Below, one piece after another: positions 44,687-54,561 of a stretch of 64,000 nt of DNA. This stretch comes from Candidatus Sumerlaea chitinivorans (GTDB taxonomy: Bacteria; Sumerlaeota; Sumerlaeia; Sumerlaeales; Sumerlaeaceae): positions 1,205,144 through 1,269,143 of the forward strand of contig CP030759.1 of NCBI GenBank assembly GCA_003290465.1. The letters run 5' to 3'. The notes under the pieces are model-generated. The model did no database searches and was not told the origin of the DNA. It worked only from the letters and a program-made list of their open reading frames with translations. The number at the start of each line of letters is the position of its first letter. The stretch's first letter is position 1. Position numbers and translations under genes: made by a program.

Positions 44687-45502
44687 ATGCTTCTTACCGT
44701 TGATATTGGAAATACAAACATCGCTCTTGGGCTTTTTGATGGAGACTCGTGCGTTCGTTTCTGGCGCGCAGCCAGCGACACCAGACGGACAGTGGATGAG
44801 TACGCCGTGTTACTTGAGGCGTTGCTGGCCCATAGCGCGGTAGATGTGCAATGCATAGAAGGCGTGGTCATTGGAAGCGTCGTACCGGTACTCTCTGACA
44901 CATTGAATGATGCCTTACAGCGCGTATTCGGACGTGTCCCCTTCCATGTCACTTACACGGTCCCGATGCCTGTCAAAAACCGCTATGCAAAACCGAATGA
45001 AGTGGGTGTGGACCGTCTCGCCAACGCAGTAGCTGGAGTTGAGCTCGTCGGAGCTCCTACAATTATCGTAGATGTGGGTACGGCTATCACGCTTGATGTG
45101 GTGAACAAACGAAAAGAGTACTTGGGCGGGGCAATCTTGCCCGGCCTTGAGATGAGTGCGGAGGCCTTGGCAAAACGTACCGCCCGCCTACCGCGCGTTG
45201 CTCCACATGAACCCCATCATGTCATTGGGCGAACAACCGTCGAAAGCATCCGCTCGGGTTTGCTCAACGGACTTGTTGGCTCGGTGGATTATCTCATCGA
45301 ACGAATGTGGGAAGAACTCGGCTATCGGACGGCAGTTATTGCCACGGGCGGCCTTGCAGGCCTTGTGACCCACCGCTCTCGGTTGGTCAAAGAAAGTCGA
45401 GAGGACCTTACCCTCTTGGGGCTAAAGCGCATCTTTGAATTCAACCACACCAAAAAGATCCTCAAAGCACGTCGAACTGCCCGCAATACTGGCAGAGCGT
45501 GA
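44687..45502 (+). CDS. coaX: Type III pantothenate kinase
   Basis: 271 aa; MLLTVDIGNTNIALGLF, IIVDVGTAITLDVV, ATGGLA; conserved birA-coaX adjacency. Confidence 0.9.
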   Translation: MLLTVDIGNTNIALGLFDGDSCVRFWRAASDTRRTVDEYAVLLEALLAHSAVDVQCIEGVVIGSVVPVLSDTLNDALQRVFGRVPFHVTYTVPMPVKNRYAKPNEVGVDRLANAVAGVELVGAPTIIVDVGTAITLDVVNKRKEYLGGAILPGLEMSAEALAKRTARLPRVAPHEPHHVIGRTTVESIRSGLLNGLVGSVDYLIERMWEELGYRTAVIATGGLAGLVTHRSRLVKESREDLTLLGLKRIFEFNHTKKILKARRTARNTGRA

Positions 45503-45514
45503 CCCCTCACTCAT

Positions 45515-46978
45515 TTATGCGGTTTTACCATTGCGTCGAGAGAGAGCCCACTTCAGGAGAGGTGGGGTCATCATAGTGGTCACAACGACCATAATGACGA
45601 TCGCGGAGAAGGTGTCGGTAGCAATCACGCTGTGCCCTTCGGGCGTTCGCATTGCGGCGCCGATACTCGCGACGATGAGTCCTACCTCGCCTCGCGGGAC
45701 CATGCCCAAACCCACAACCATTCGTTTGAGCCCTTTTTCTAAGACACCGAGAGCGCAGATTTGCTTTCCGGCGATAGCTGCAACAGTGAGAGCAAGAGCG
45801 AATCCCAGAACGTGCCACTGGGCAAATACTGCAAGTTGGACTTTCATTCCCATGTGGACGAAGAACACCGGAACAAGAAAGTCACAGACCGGCTTCAGAA
45901 GCTTTTCCAAAGGTTCTTCGCGCCCCTCCCAGTTGAGGAAAGTCGCTTCTTCGAGTACGAGCCCCGCTGCGAAAGCCCCAACAATCGGAGCTAATCCAAT
46001 CTTTGCGGCGATATAGGAAATCGCAAAGCACCAAATTAGCGTGACAGTGAGTAGAATCCCTTTTCCACGCAAATACGTTGCCCAGTGGAACAGTTTCCGT
46101 GAAACAGTCAATCCAAGAGCAATGGCAAGGATGAAGAAAAGGAGAGCCTTTACGACAATCCACGCGACCGCCCAGAGGCTGATCTCTTGTCCAGAGTTCA
46201 CGGCAGTAATAATGCCTTGGACCGCTGCAAGCACGATGAGGCCGAGGACATCGTCGATGACTGCGGCCCCCAAGACAATCTTAGCCTCGCGCAGTTGCAT
46301 TTTCCCTAAGTCCGATAGCACGCGTGCCGTAATGCCAACACTTGTGGCTGCAAGCACTGCCCCCAGATATAAATGCACTGTCCACGGTTCCTGAGGCAGA
46401 AAGATTTCGCCCACGAGAAAACCAAGCGCTACTGGCGCTACGACCCCTAAGCACGCCACGAGAAGCGATGATGGCCCAACGGACACCATCTCGCGAACAG
46501 TGGCTTCAAGACCAACCTCGAAGAGCAACAGAATCACTCCGATTTCGGCGATGACGGTAATGAACAAATCTACGGTTGGGTCATGAACAATGCGGTCGAG
46601 TGAGTCGGACAAAAACGGCATGTGGAATAGAGAGAGATTGCCGAGCACCATGCCGAAAATCAGTTCTCCCAGGACAGCCGGTTGCCCAAACCGCTCAAAC
46701 AAATCGCCGCCCACTTTCGCAGCGAGCAGAATTAAGATCAGGACAATGAGGACTTCCTCCACCAGCCCCGCGGCATGAGGTTTATCGGCCTTCGATTCTG
46801 GCACCCCAGTCGTGGAACTGGAATGCGGCGATGACTCCATCGCGGGAGCAGTAGTCACGGACTCTCCTGCTGTGGGGGAAGCAAAGCCCAATGGGCTTTG
46901 ACCTGTCACGAAAAAGTAGAGCACACTTGTGACAACAGCGAGCAGCAACGCACGATAAAAACGGCCTCGTCTCAACAT
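45515..46978 (-). CDS. Cation:proton antiporter (CPA1/CPA2, Na+/H+ exchanger family)
   Basis: 487 aa polytopic membrane protein; pattern AVLGELIFGMVLGN...LLLFEVGLEATVREM...; N-terminal ~60 aa Ser/Thr-rich extension. Confidence 0.8.
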   Translation of the reverse strand: MLRRGRFYRALLLAVVTSVLYFFVTGQSPLGFASPTAGESVTTAPAMESSPHSSSTTGVPESKADKPHAAGLVEEVLIVLILILLAAKVGGDLFERFGQPAVLGELIFGMVLGNLSLFHMPFLSDSLDRIVHDPTVDLFITVIAEIGVILLLFEVGLEATVREMVSVGPSSLLVACLGVVAPVALGFLVGEIFLPQEPWTVHLYLGAVLAATSVGITARVLSDLGKMQLREAKIVLGAAVIDDVLGLIVLAAVQGIITAVNSGQEISLWAVAWIVVKALLFFILAIALGLTVSRKLFHWATYLRGKGILLTVTLIWCFAISYIAAKIGLAPIVGAFAAGLVLEEATFLNWEGREEPLEKLLKPVCDFLVPVFFVHMGMKVQLAVFAQWHVLGFALALTVAAIAGKQICALGVLEKGLKRMVVGLGMVPRGEVGLIVASIGAAMRTPEGHSVIATDTFSAIVIMVVVTTMMTPPLLKWALSRRNGKTA

Positions 46979-47070
46979 GAGGGAAGTCTGTTTCGTAGTG
47001 TTTGATGAGAGTCAATCGGAACCGAATACGTGGGGAGACGAGAGGGTAAATTCTTGCCGGACCCTTCCGA

Positions 47071-47154
47071 GCGGGCGTGGCGGAATGGCAGACGCGCCGG
47101 ACTTAGGATCCGGTTCCGCAAGGAGTGGAGGTTCAAGTCCTCTCGCCCGCACCA
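47071..47154 (+). tRNA. tRNA-Leu (anticodon TAG)
   Basis: GCGGGCG-TG-GCGGAATGGCAGACGC-G-CCGGA-CTTAGGA-TCCGG-(variable arm TTCCGCAAGGAGT)-GGAGG-TTCAAGT-CCTCT-CGCCCGC-A-CCA. 7-bp acceptor stem, anticodon UAG, long variable arm, encoded CCA. Coordinates checked against the overlapping ORF's codon frame. Confidence 0.88.
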
Positions 47155-47206
47155 CCTTCACGGACTAAAGTCCTATTTCTTCCCCACTCAAACTTCTTCG
47201 TGTGCC

Positions 47207-48451
47207 TCAATAGAAATAGGTATCAAAAATTCGTCGCATACGCTCGATGAAACGGCTTACCACATTCTCATGGTGTATTGGATAGGCCACAAGGGGATCG
47301 TTTCGCAGTGCCCCCATTACCAGACCAACACAGGTCGAGTAGGCAGGGGATTTTACAGCATTCTTCAACCCGTGGATACAATCGGGATAGCGCACCACGA
47401 CCTCATCACTTTTGTCGAGCACACGACCAGCAACATCTTCGATGCCTTTGAGTAGGGCGGTTCCCCCTGTCAGCACCACGCCTGCTTTGAGGCGCTGGTC
47501 AATGCGTGCTGCCGTAAGCAAGTCACGCACCTTTGTAAAAATCAGCTCAAGCTGAGCTTCGACAATTTCACAAAGAAATGCGCGAGAGACCGTACGAGTC
47601 TTGTCCGCGAGCACATCCGTGTATTCGACCACTTCCGTCGGATCAACCCCCCGCGAAGTTGCTTGTGCTGAACGAATCTTCAAATTTTCGGCCTCTTCAG
47701 GGGAACAATGAAGCACCTTGTATATGTCGCGTGTCACGTTGTCGCCCCCGCATGGCACAACACCAGTGAAAATCACGCTATCATTATCAATCACCGCGAT
47801 ATCGGTGGTTCCCCCGCCAATGTCGAGTAGGATGACACCCGCCTTCCGTGCCTCGGGTGTTAGAGTCGCAACAGCGCTTGCAAGACTTTCAAGCACGGTT
47901 TCTCGTGGAGTAATTCCCGCGCGCTGTATACAGCGCGTAATGTTGCCCATGCTAAAGGTATCCGCAAGGACGATGTGCATGTGGACTGTGAGCTGGTTGC
48001 CGGTCATACCGATCGGATTCTGCACACCGTGAGCATCGTCGACACTGTAGCTGTTAGGAATGCAGTGGAGAATAGTTTCTCCTTCCTGACGCGGCAACTT
48101 TTCAATCGTGCGCTGAATGACTTTACGCCGGTCCTCTTCCGTGACCCCACGCTGGGGATTTGCAATCTCGATTCCCCCACTGACGTTTAGGCTGCGCACG
48201 TGATTCCCGGCGATGCCGACGAACACCTCGCGAATGCGGTAGCCGGAGTTTTCCTCACATGCTTGCACGGCACTCTGGATGGAAGCTACCGTTTGCTCAA
48301 TGTCGACGACTTTGCCGCAACGCAAACCATAAGAGGGGCGGGGCGCAAATCCAATGATGTTGATCTGATCCTTGTCGTCAATATAACCTTGGATCGCACA
48401 GATCTTGGTTGTACCGATATCGAGCCCCGTGACAATTCGCTTTTTTCCCAT
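47207..48451 (-). CDS. ftsA: Cell division protein FtsA (actin-like ATPase)
   Basis: 414 aa; IVTGLDIGTTKICAI, VFVGIAGNHV, ILLDIGGGTTDIAVI, C-terminal amphipathic tail. Confidence 0.88.
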   Translation of the reverse strand: MGKKRIVTGLDIGTTKICAIQGYIDDKDQINIIGFAPRPSYGLRCGKVVDIEQTVASIQSAVQACEENSGYRIREVFVGIAGNHVRSLNVSGGIEIANPQRGVTEEDRRKVIQRTIEKLPRQEGETILHCIPNSYSVDDAHGVQNPIGMTGNQLTVHMHIVLADTFSMGNITRCIQRAGITPRETVLESLASAVATLTPEARKAGVILLDIGGGTTDIAVIDNDSVIFTGVVPCGGDNVTRDIYKVLHCSPEEAENLKIRSAQATSRGVDPTEVVEYTDVLADKTRTVSRAFLCEIVEAQLELIFTKVRDLLTAARIDQRLKAGVVLTGGTALLKGIEDVAGRVLDKSDEVVVRYPDCIHGLKNAVKSPAYSTCVGLVMGALRNDPLVAYPIHHENVVSRFIERMRRIFDTYFY

Positions 48452-48467
48452 TCACACTCTCTCCTCG

Positions 48468-49712
48468 TCACTCCGACTGGTCATCAACTGGGGCCAAAAG
48501 AATGGGCTGGCGAGTCTGAGAGGCCTGCCTCCGCCAGAAGAAAAACCGAGAACGGCGCTGAGGTACTTCGGGTTGTAGATCAGAAACCACGCTGGGTTCG
48601 TGAGAGAATTCGATTGTTCCATCTTCCACATTGCCTGCCTGTCGGCTACGATTCTCACTACGTACCGATTCGCTTTTTCGTTTTGTTTGGGGGTTTTGAT
48701 TCTCTGAGGCTGGCCCGCCAAATGATGCTGAACGTGCATTTGATGCCGTTTTGTCTGCATGAGAATCTTTTTTCTTTTCGGCCGCCTCGCTCTCTTTTGC
48801 TGTCGCCTCGATATCCTCAAGCAGCCCAGCCCGAAGGGCGAGCGCGGTCGCACGATCCATGTAAACGATCTGATTGCGAAACCGCAGATCGACATACGCG
48901 AGCGAAAATGGGTCGTTCCCCTGCTGCTTTTGTTGCTGCACGAAGAAGTCCAGCGCGGGCAATTTCTCCACTGGGTTCTTATCTCCGAACCGCACTTCCA
49001 TTCCGCCCCGCAGACGAGCTGTGATATTGTCAAACTGGGCAACGGGATCCTTCGCAAGGTTGACCTCAGACAGCCACGAATACAATTCTGGATTTCGGTC
49101 ACGTAACGTCTCTACCAGTTCAAGTGCGCGCCGGAGGACGACGTTGGGAATCTGCTTGCCCACTTCCACTTCACTACCGGCTATTCCTGTAATGTAGGGT
49201 AAATCATACTCGCGCAATGCGGCAGGCCGTACCCGATCCACAACGTATCCTTCTCGATCCACAAGATAGAAGCCGTCCGCACTGACGATGGCGACGGGCA
49301 CACGTTCTGCAGCACTAACAAGTAAGGTATCGGGATACGAAATAGACACGCGTGGTTGCCGGATTTTAGGATACGCCGCCAAGTCGCGCTGGAGTTTGGT
49401 GAGGTTAATTGCTAACAAATTTGGGTTAGGACCTAAGAGCTCGCTCGTCAGCGAACGAAGCTCATCTTCGAGTGGTTTGGATACTCCCACGATTTTTAGG
49501 GTACGGAGGCGGAAATACGGTTGGTCCAAGACCCATTGGTAGGAAGCTTGCGCTATCGCCCAAACCGCGAGGGAGGTCCCAATGAGATAAAACAAAAACA
49601 GCAATGGCGAACGACGACGACGGCCACGGTGATCCCGTGATTTTGGTGCACGACGGCCCGAAGTCACGTCACGAACCACTTCTCTTTTTGATTTTGGTGC
49701 GAGATAGGCCAT
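48468..49712 (-). CDS. ftsQ: Cell division protein FtsQ/DivIB (POTRA domain) with long disordered C-terminal extension
   Basis: 414 aa; basic N-terminus, single TM (LLFLFYLIGTSLAVWAIA), POTRA-like FRLRTLKIVGVSKPLEDELRS; ~120-aa Lys/Glu/Ser-rich C-terminal tail; immediately upstream of ftsA. Confidence 0.75.
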   Translation of the reverse strand: MAYLAPKSKREVVRDVTSGRRAPKSRDHRGRRRRSPLLFLFYLIGTSLAVWAIAQASYQWVLDQPYFRLRTLKIVGVSKPLEDELRSLTSELLGPNPNLLAINLTKLQRDLAAYPKIRQPRVSISYPDTLLVSAAERVPVAIVSADGFYLVDREGYVVDRVRPAALREYDLPYITGIAGSEVEVGKQIPNVVLRRALELVETLRDRNPELYSWLSEVNLAKDPVAQFDNITARLRGGMEVRFGDKNPVEKLPALDFFVQQQKQQGNDPFSLAYVDLRFRNQIVYMDRATALALRAGLLEDIEATAKESEAAEKKKDSHADKTASNARSASFGGPASENQNPQTKRKSESVRSENRSRQAGNVEDGTIEFSHEPSVVSDLQPEVPQRRSRFFFWRRQASQTRQPILLAPVDDQSE

Positions 49713-50089
49713 CGTCCAGCCCTACTGCATCCCTTTCCCTCACCCAACCCTAAACCTGCTAATTAGTTGGGTTATTTGGGGTTAGCCGTAAGATCTTCAA
49801 GTAATTTTGTACAAAGCTTCTATGTAAGACGACAATCGAAGCTTGGTACCGGTTTCCAGCCAGAGCATTCGTGACAGAGCTTTGCTACCAAAGCAAGAGG
49901 TTTTCCAGCAAAACCTGTGATTGCTCGCACAAAAGGCGGCTCTCCGACTCCCGCCGCTTCCCGGCTCGTGATTTCTCAGCAGCCTCCACCAGAATCGTGC
50001 TTGCACAAAAGACAACGGCACCATCAGCTTCATCCTGATTCTCAATTCTCACGTGAGAATACAACACAGACCCTCAAGGCGGACAACAG

Positions 50090-51301
50090 ATGAGCTCGCA
50101 ACACGGCGATTTGCACGAGTCATTTTTGCGCTACGTGTGCCAGACATCGCCTTTCCCGACTGCATTCGAAGTGAGTCACGCGAAGGGGTGTTATCTCTAC
50201 GACCGAGCGGGGCGGGCATATCTCGATTTTATTTCGGGCATCTCTGTGAACAATCTTGGGCATAATCACCCGGCGATCCAAGCCGCGGTGATGCAACAAA
50301 TTGAGCGATATGCCCACACGATGGTGTATGGCGAACACATTCAAGAGCCTCAAGTGAAGTTGGCTCGGGCTTTGGCGGAGATCGCGCCGGAGAATTTGAA
50401 TTGCGTCTACTTTCTCTCTACTGGGGCCGAGGCAAACGATGCGGCACTTAAGCTTGCTGCAAAGTTGACCGGTAGGCGCCGGTTTTGCGCGTTTCACAAG
50501 GCTTATCACGGGGACACGGTGGGAGCGGCGTCCTGTTTTGGGGACGAGTCATTTCGCCACCCTTACCAGCATATCCTTCTTCCTGTCACATTTCTGGAAT
50601 TTGGCAAGGTTGATGATCTGGAGAAGATCACTGAGGATATTGCAGCGGTGCTTGTGGAACCAGTGCAAGGCGAGGGAGGAATTCGGGTTCCATTGCCAAG
50701 TTTTTTACAAAGTCTGCGGCAGCGATGCACTGCTACTGGAACTTTGCTAATTTTTGATGAGGTACAAACCGCATTGGGACGCGTCGGCGATTGGTTTGCG
50801 GCCACTCTTTTCAACGTTACCCCCGACTTGATCACCATGGCAAAAGCTTTGGGCGGTGGGTATCCTCTCGGTGCCTTGGTCGGCGAACGAGAGATGCTTC
50901 GGAGGTTTGCCGCTGAGCCGCCCTTTTCGCATATCACCACTTTTGGTGGACATCCAGTCTCGTGCGCAGCTGGGTTAGCGGTGATCCGCACCATCCGCAG
51001 CGAGCGTCTACTAAGCAACGCCCGACGCATGGGCAAGAAGCTGATGGAGGGGCTGCAGAAGATTTGCCTTCGAGACGAGCGTGTGCGAGAAGTGCGTGGG
51101 ACAGGGCTTATGATCGGGGTCGAGCTCATGGATTCTCAGCTTGCCCGCAAGGTAGTGACGGACTGTCGCGAACGTGGGCTCATCCTTGAGACTACGCTGC
51201 TCGACGAGCGCGTCGTGCGGTTCAGTCCCCCTTTGATCGTAAGTGAACAGGAGTGTAGCACCGCGCTCGAGATTTTTGAAACCGTTCTGAAGGAGTGCTG
51301 A
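50090..51301 (+). CDS. Class III aminotransferase (acetylornithine/ornithine aminotransferase-like)
   Basis: 403 aa; DFISGISVNNLGHNHP, LSTGAEANDAALKLA, LLIFDEVQTALGRVG, TMAKALGGG (PLP lysine in AKALGGG). Confidence 0.8.
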   Translation: MSSQHGDLHESFLRYVCQTSPFPTAFEVSHAKGCYLYDRAGRAYLDFISGISVNNLGHNHPAIQAAVMQQIERYAHTMVYGEHIQEPQVKLARALAEIAPENLNCVYFLSTGAEANDAALKLAAKLTGRRRFCAFHKAYHGDTVGAASCFGDESFRHPYQHILLPVTFLEFGKVDDLEKITEDIAAVLVEPVQGEGGIRVPLPSFLQSLRQRCTATGTLLIFDEVQTALGRVGDWFAATLFNVTPDLITMAKALGGGYPLGALVGEREMLRRFAAEPPFSHITTFGGHPVSCAAGLAVIRTIRSERLLSNARRMGKKLMEGLQKICLRDERVREVRGTGLMIGVELMDSQLARKVVTDCRERGLILETTLLDERVVRFSPPLIVSEQECSTALEIFETVLKEC

Positions 51302-51313
51302 AGATCGCGCCCT

Positions 51314-53146
51314 TTATGTCGACGCGATGAGAGGGGCGGAAGACTTCTCGGAAGTGTCTTGCCCTCCTTGAGCACCGTCGCGAAATTGCAGTTCGTAAAG
51401 CCTGCGGTAGAGGCCATTCCGCGAGAGCAACTCGGTATGTGTACCTACTTCCCGCACCTTCCCATGATGCAACACGATAATCTTGTCGGCATGGCGAATG
51501 GTCGACAGACGATGCGCAACCACGATAGAGGTTCGACCGTGGAGAAGCTTTTGCAGGGCATCTTGAATGATCAGCTCGGTTTCCGTATCAATGCTCGCCG
51601 TTGCTTCATCGAGTAGCAGAATTTGTGGATCGAAAGCTAATGCTCGCGCAAAGGCCAAGAGCTGCTTCTGCCCCACCGACAATGTTGCCCCCCGTTCTCG
51701 CACCTCATGGCGATAGTTCTCCGGGAATTTCTCGATGAAGAGTGCAGCGTTTACGTACCGTGCACTTTCACGAACTTTCTCCATCGAAATGCTGTCCCTT
51801 CCCAATCGGATATTTGACGCAATATCTCCGCTAAATAGGAAGACGTCTTGAAGAACAATCGCGAGCAGGCTTCGAAGAGAGTGCAAGTCCATCTTCCGAA
51901 TATCTGTGCCATCGATACGAATCGCCCCCCGTTGCACATCGTAGAAACGCGCGAGCAGATTCAAAATCGTGCTTTTGCCACTTCCCGTCGGACCTACGAT
52001 TGCGACGGTCTCGCCACGGCGAACTTCGAAACTGACATCGCGTAGGACCCACTCCTCGCCTTGGTAAGCAAACCAGACATTTTCGAAAGTTATGGAGCGT
52101 TCCATGCGAGAGACTTTGATCGCGTTCGGTGGCGAAACAATCCGTGGCTGAGTGTCGAGCAGTTTGAAAATTCGCTCGGCAGCAGCCATGGCGGTTTGGT
52201 AAATGTTAAATTTATCGCTCAGATCCTTGATGGGCTGGAAAAAGCGCTGCGTGTATTGGATGAATAGGTAGACCGTCCCCAAAGTGATCGAGCCGTCAAG
52301 CGATCCGATCCCGCCCCGCCAAAGAATGAGCGCAAGTGCGATTGCGGCAATTAATTCGATTGCTGGGAGGAAGATTGCATGCGCGAAAACTGTGCGCATG
52401 TGCGCCCGGCGCAATTCCTCATTAATCGCCGCGAACTTCTCCCCCATCGCTTTCTGGCGGTTGTAAGTTTGAACGGTTCTTATCCCTCCGAGAGATTCCT
52501 GAACAAACGCATTGAGCTGGGAAAGTTTTGCGCGCACCTCACTGTAGCCCGCACGCACATGCGTGCTAAACAAATGACCGGCAATAAGCACAAGGGGAGC
52601 AGTCGTAAACACGAGAAGTGTCAGGATGTGGCTTGTCTTGAGCATAAGCACGACAATGGCAATCAACAAAAAGATGTCCCCTGCGACTGTCATCACGCCT
52701 TGGCTGAAAAGTTCGTTGAGGGCTTGCACATCACTCGTGACGCGCGTGAGAAGGCGTCCCACTGGATTGCGATCAAAAAATGCGAGGTCAAGCTTCTGCA
52801 GGTGAGCAAAAAGCTCATGACGCAGGCGACGCATTCCTTCTTGGCCCACAAATGCGATGAGCCATCCCTGCCAGTACTCGAGAAAGAAACCGACAACGAC
52901 GGTGAGAAGATAAAGCGCGCTCATTTGCGCAATCCCCAGGACATCACCCGCCGCAATGTAATTGTCGATCGTAAGCTTGACAAGGTACGGGCCCACGAGC
53001 TGAAGCACCGCCATTGCTAACGAGACCGCGCTCGAGAGTACGATCAGTTTCCAGTAGGGTCGAACAAACCTCAGTAAGCGAATCGTGAGCCGATGATCCG
53101 CTAACTCAGAGCTGTGGTCCTGTTCGATGTAAGATGAAGCCAACAT
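51314..53146 (-). CDS. ABC exporter, fused permease/ATPase (MsbA/lipid A exporter-like)
   Basis: 610 aa; six N-terminal TM helices; GPTGSGKSTIL (Walker A), LSVGQKQLLAFARAL (signature), LLLDEATASID (Walker B), AHRLSTI. Confidence 0.85.
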   Translation of the reverse strand: MLASSYIEQDHSSELADHRLTIRLLRFVRPYWKLIVLSSAVSLAMAVLQLVGPYLVKLTIDNYIAAGDVLGIAQMSALYLLTVVVGFFLEYWQGWLIAFVGQEGMRRLRHELFAHLQKLDLAFFDRNPVGRLLTRVTSDVQALNELFSQGVMTVAGDIFLLIAIVVLMLKTSHILTLLVFTTAPLVLIAGHLFSTHVRAGYSEVRAKLSQLNAFVQESLGGIRTVQTYNRQKAMGEKFAAINEELRRAHMRTVFAHAIFLPAIELIAAIALALILWRGGIGSLDGSITLGTVYLFIQYTQRFFQPIKDLSDKFNIYQTAMAAAERIFKLLDTQPRIVSPPNAIKVSRMERSITFENVWFAYQGEEWVLRDVSFEVRRGETVAIVGPTGSGKSTILNLLARFYDVQRGAIRIDGTDIRKMDLHSLRSLLAIVLQDVFLFSGDIASNIRLGRDSISMEKVRESARYVNAALFIEKFPENYRHEVRERGATLSVGQKQLLAFARALAFDPQILLLDEATASIDTETELIIQDALQKLLHGRTSIVVAHRLSTIRHADKIIVLHHGKVREVGTHTELLSRNGLYRRLYELQFRDGAQGGQDTSEKSSAPLIAST

Positions 53147-53281
53147 TGCGTGCGAAGTCTGGAGAATCTAACGCTAACGAGACAAAGTATTGTCGCGACT
53201 TCCGAAATTCGCGGAATGCGAAGTCCTTGAGTACGCACTAGCCCGTAGTATGGATGAGGGATTGAGAAGTTAGAAAAAGCA

Positions 53282-54448
53282 TTGCTTTCTAGGGTCCGCT
53301 ATCATCCGTTGATAGCCATGGGTGCAATTAATTTCAGCAGGAAGTGGTCAAACCTTTTCGGGCTTGTGTTTGTGGGCGCTGCAATTGTTTGGAGCGTTGT
53401 GGCCATCCCGTGCTGGAGCACATCGTCACAAGCACCATTCAGTGCGCGAGGTCAGGGGAACGCAGCCAATACGTCTCGTTCTGGCAAGGGCACACATCCT
53501 GCTCTTCCTTCCGTTCGACTCGGTGATATTGCCCCGCTGGATTTGAGCAAACTGCCTCAGTTACCCACAGGGGAACGCTATGTAGCAGTGGTGAATGGCA
53601 CGACAATTACGGAGCGACGTTTCGCTGCAGAGCTTGCCCTTGCGATCGAACAGCAACAGTTCTCACAGATTCCTTCTCCCACGACGTCCGATGAAGCCGC
53701 GGGATTGCGAGCCGCCCTCGCCCAACCGGTCCTCGATCAACTCATCGCCAATGTTTTGATCAAGCAGCTTGCAGAGCGCCGACGAGTTTCTGTCGCCGAT
53801 GCAGAAGTAGAGCGTGCTGTCAACCAAACGAACGAGAAGCTCCCTCCGGGACGGAAGTTGCAGGACCTCGCGGTCTCCTATGGCCTCACTTTTGACGAGA
53901 TCAAAGATACGTTTCGAGCGCTGCTTCTTGCCGCGAAAATTGAAGACACTTTTGGGCGTGATGAGCGAGATCCCACTCCAGAGGAGCTCCGGAACTTCCT
54001 CAAGAGCCATCCTGAAGCAAACACACCAAACGAAGAAATTCGGGTGAGTGCGATTTTGCTCAAGTTGCCGAATCAAGCCACAACCGAGACTCGTGAGCGG
54101 ACCCGCAGGCTTGCGGAGAGAATTGTCCAAGAGCTGCGTGGCGGAGCCGATTTCTGTGAGCTTGCGATGAACTACTCACAGGATCGGGCTTCTGCTCCAA
54201 AGTGTGGTGATCTTGGTTACGTTTCACGCGGCAAGATGGATCCAGAATTCGACAAGGTCGCGTTCTCATTACCAATCGGAAAAATCAGCGACGTGGTGGC
54301 CACCCCTCGCGGGTTTTACATCATCTTGGTGCGCGAGAAACATCCTACGAGCGCTCGTCAGGCTTATCGTCAGTTCAAAAAACGTGAAGCCTACCTGCGG
54401 TGGTTCGAAGAAGAAAAACGCAAGGCAAAGATCGAAAAATTCTTGTAG
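53282..54448 (+). CDS. Peptidyl-prolyl cis-trans isomerase, parvulin/SurA-like
   Basis: 388 aa; N-terminal TM/signal anchor; C-terminal PpiC pattern FCELAMNYSQDRASAPKCGDLGYVSRGKMDPEFDKVAFSLPIGKISDVVATPRGFYIILV. Start may be at the internal Met at 53318. Confidence 0.75.
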   Translation: MLSRVRYHPLIAMGAINFSRKWSNLFGLVFVGAAIVWSVVAIPCWSTSSQAPFSARGQGNAANTSRSGKGTHPALPSVRLGDIAPLDLSKLPQLPTGERYVAVVNGTTITERRFAAELALAIEQQQFSQIPSPTTSDEAAGLRAALAQPVLDQLIANVLIKQLAERRRVSVADAEVERAVNQTNEKLPPGRKLQDLAVSYGLTFDEIKDTFRALLLAAKIEDTFGRDERDPTPEELRNFLKSHPEANTPNEEIRVSAILLKLPNQATTETRERTRRLAERIVQELRGGADFCELAMNYSQDRASAPKCGDLGYVSRGKMDPEFDKVAFSLPIGKISDVVATPRGFYIILVREKHPTSARQAYRQFKKREAYLRWFEEEKRKAKIEKFL

Positions 54449-54561
54449 CATAGCATCCTTGCGCCACAGTGGCCCAACTTCAGTTCTCAGTTGAATTCGG
54501 CTTTTGCCGGCGGCAGTTGGCTGAGTAAGACTTGCGGGAATCAAGAAAGGGTAAGGGAAAA

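Noticed and set aside
47030-47455. 141-aa plus-strand ORF
   Set aside because: Its 5' part is the tRNA-Leu gene and the rest is antisense to the ftsA 3' end.
48200-49024. 274-aa plus-strand ORF overlapping ftsA and ftsQ (also 48452..49102 minus, alternate frame of ftsQ)
   Set aside because: Overlap with FtsA and FtsQ, which have canonical motifs; alternative-frame artefacts.
50563-51129. 188-aa minus-strand ORF and 52379..53020 plus-strand ORF inside the aminotransferase and MsbA-like genes
   Set aside because: Antisense to genes with PLP-lysine and ABC motifs respectively.
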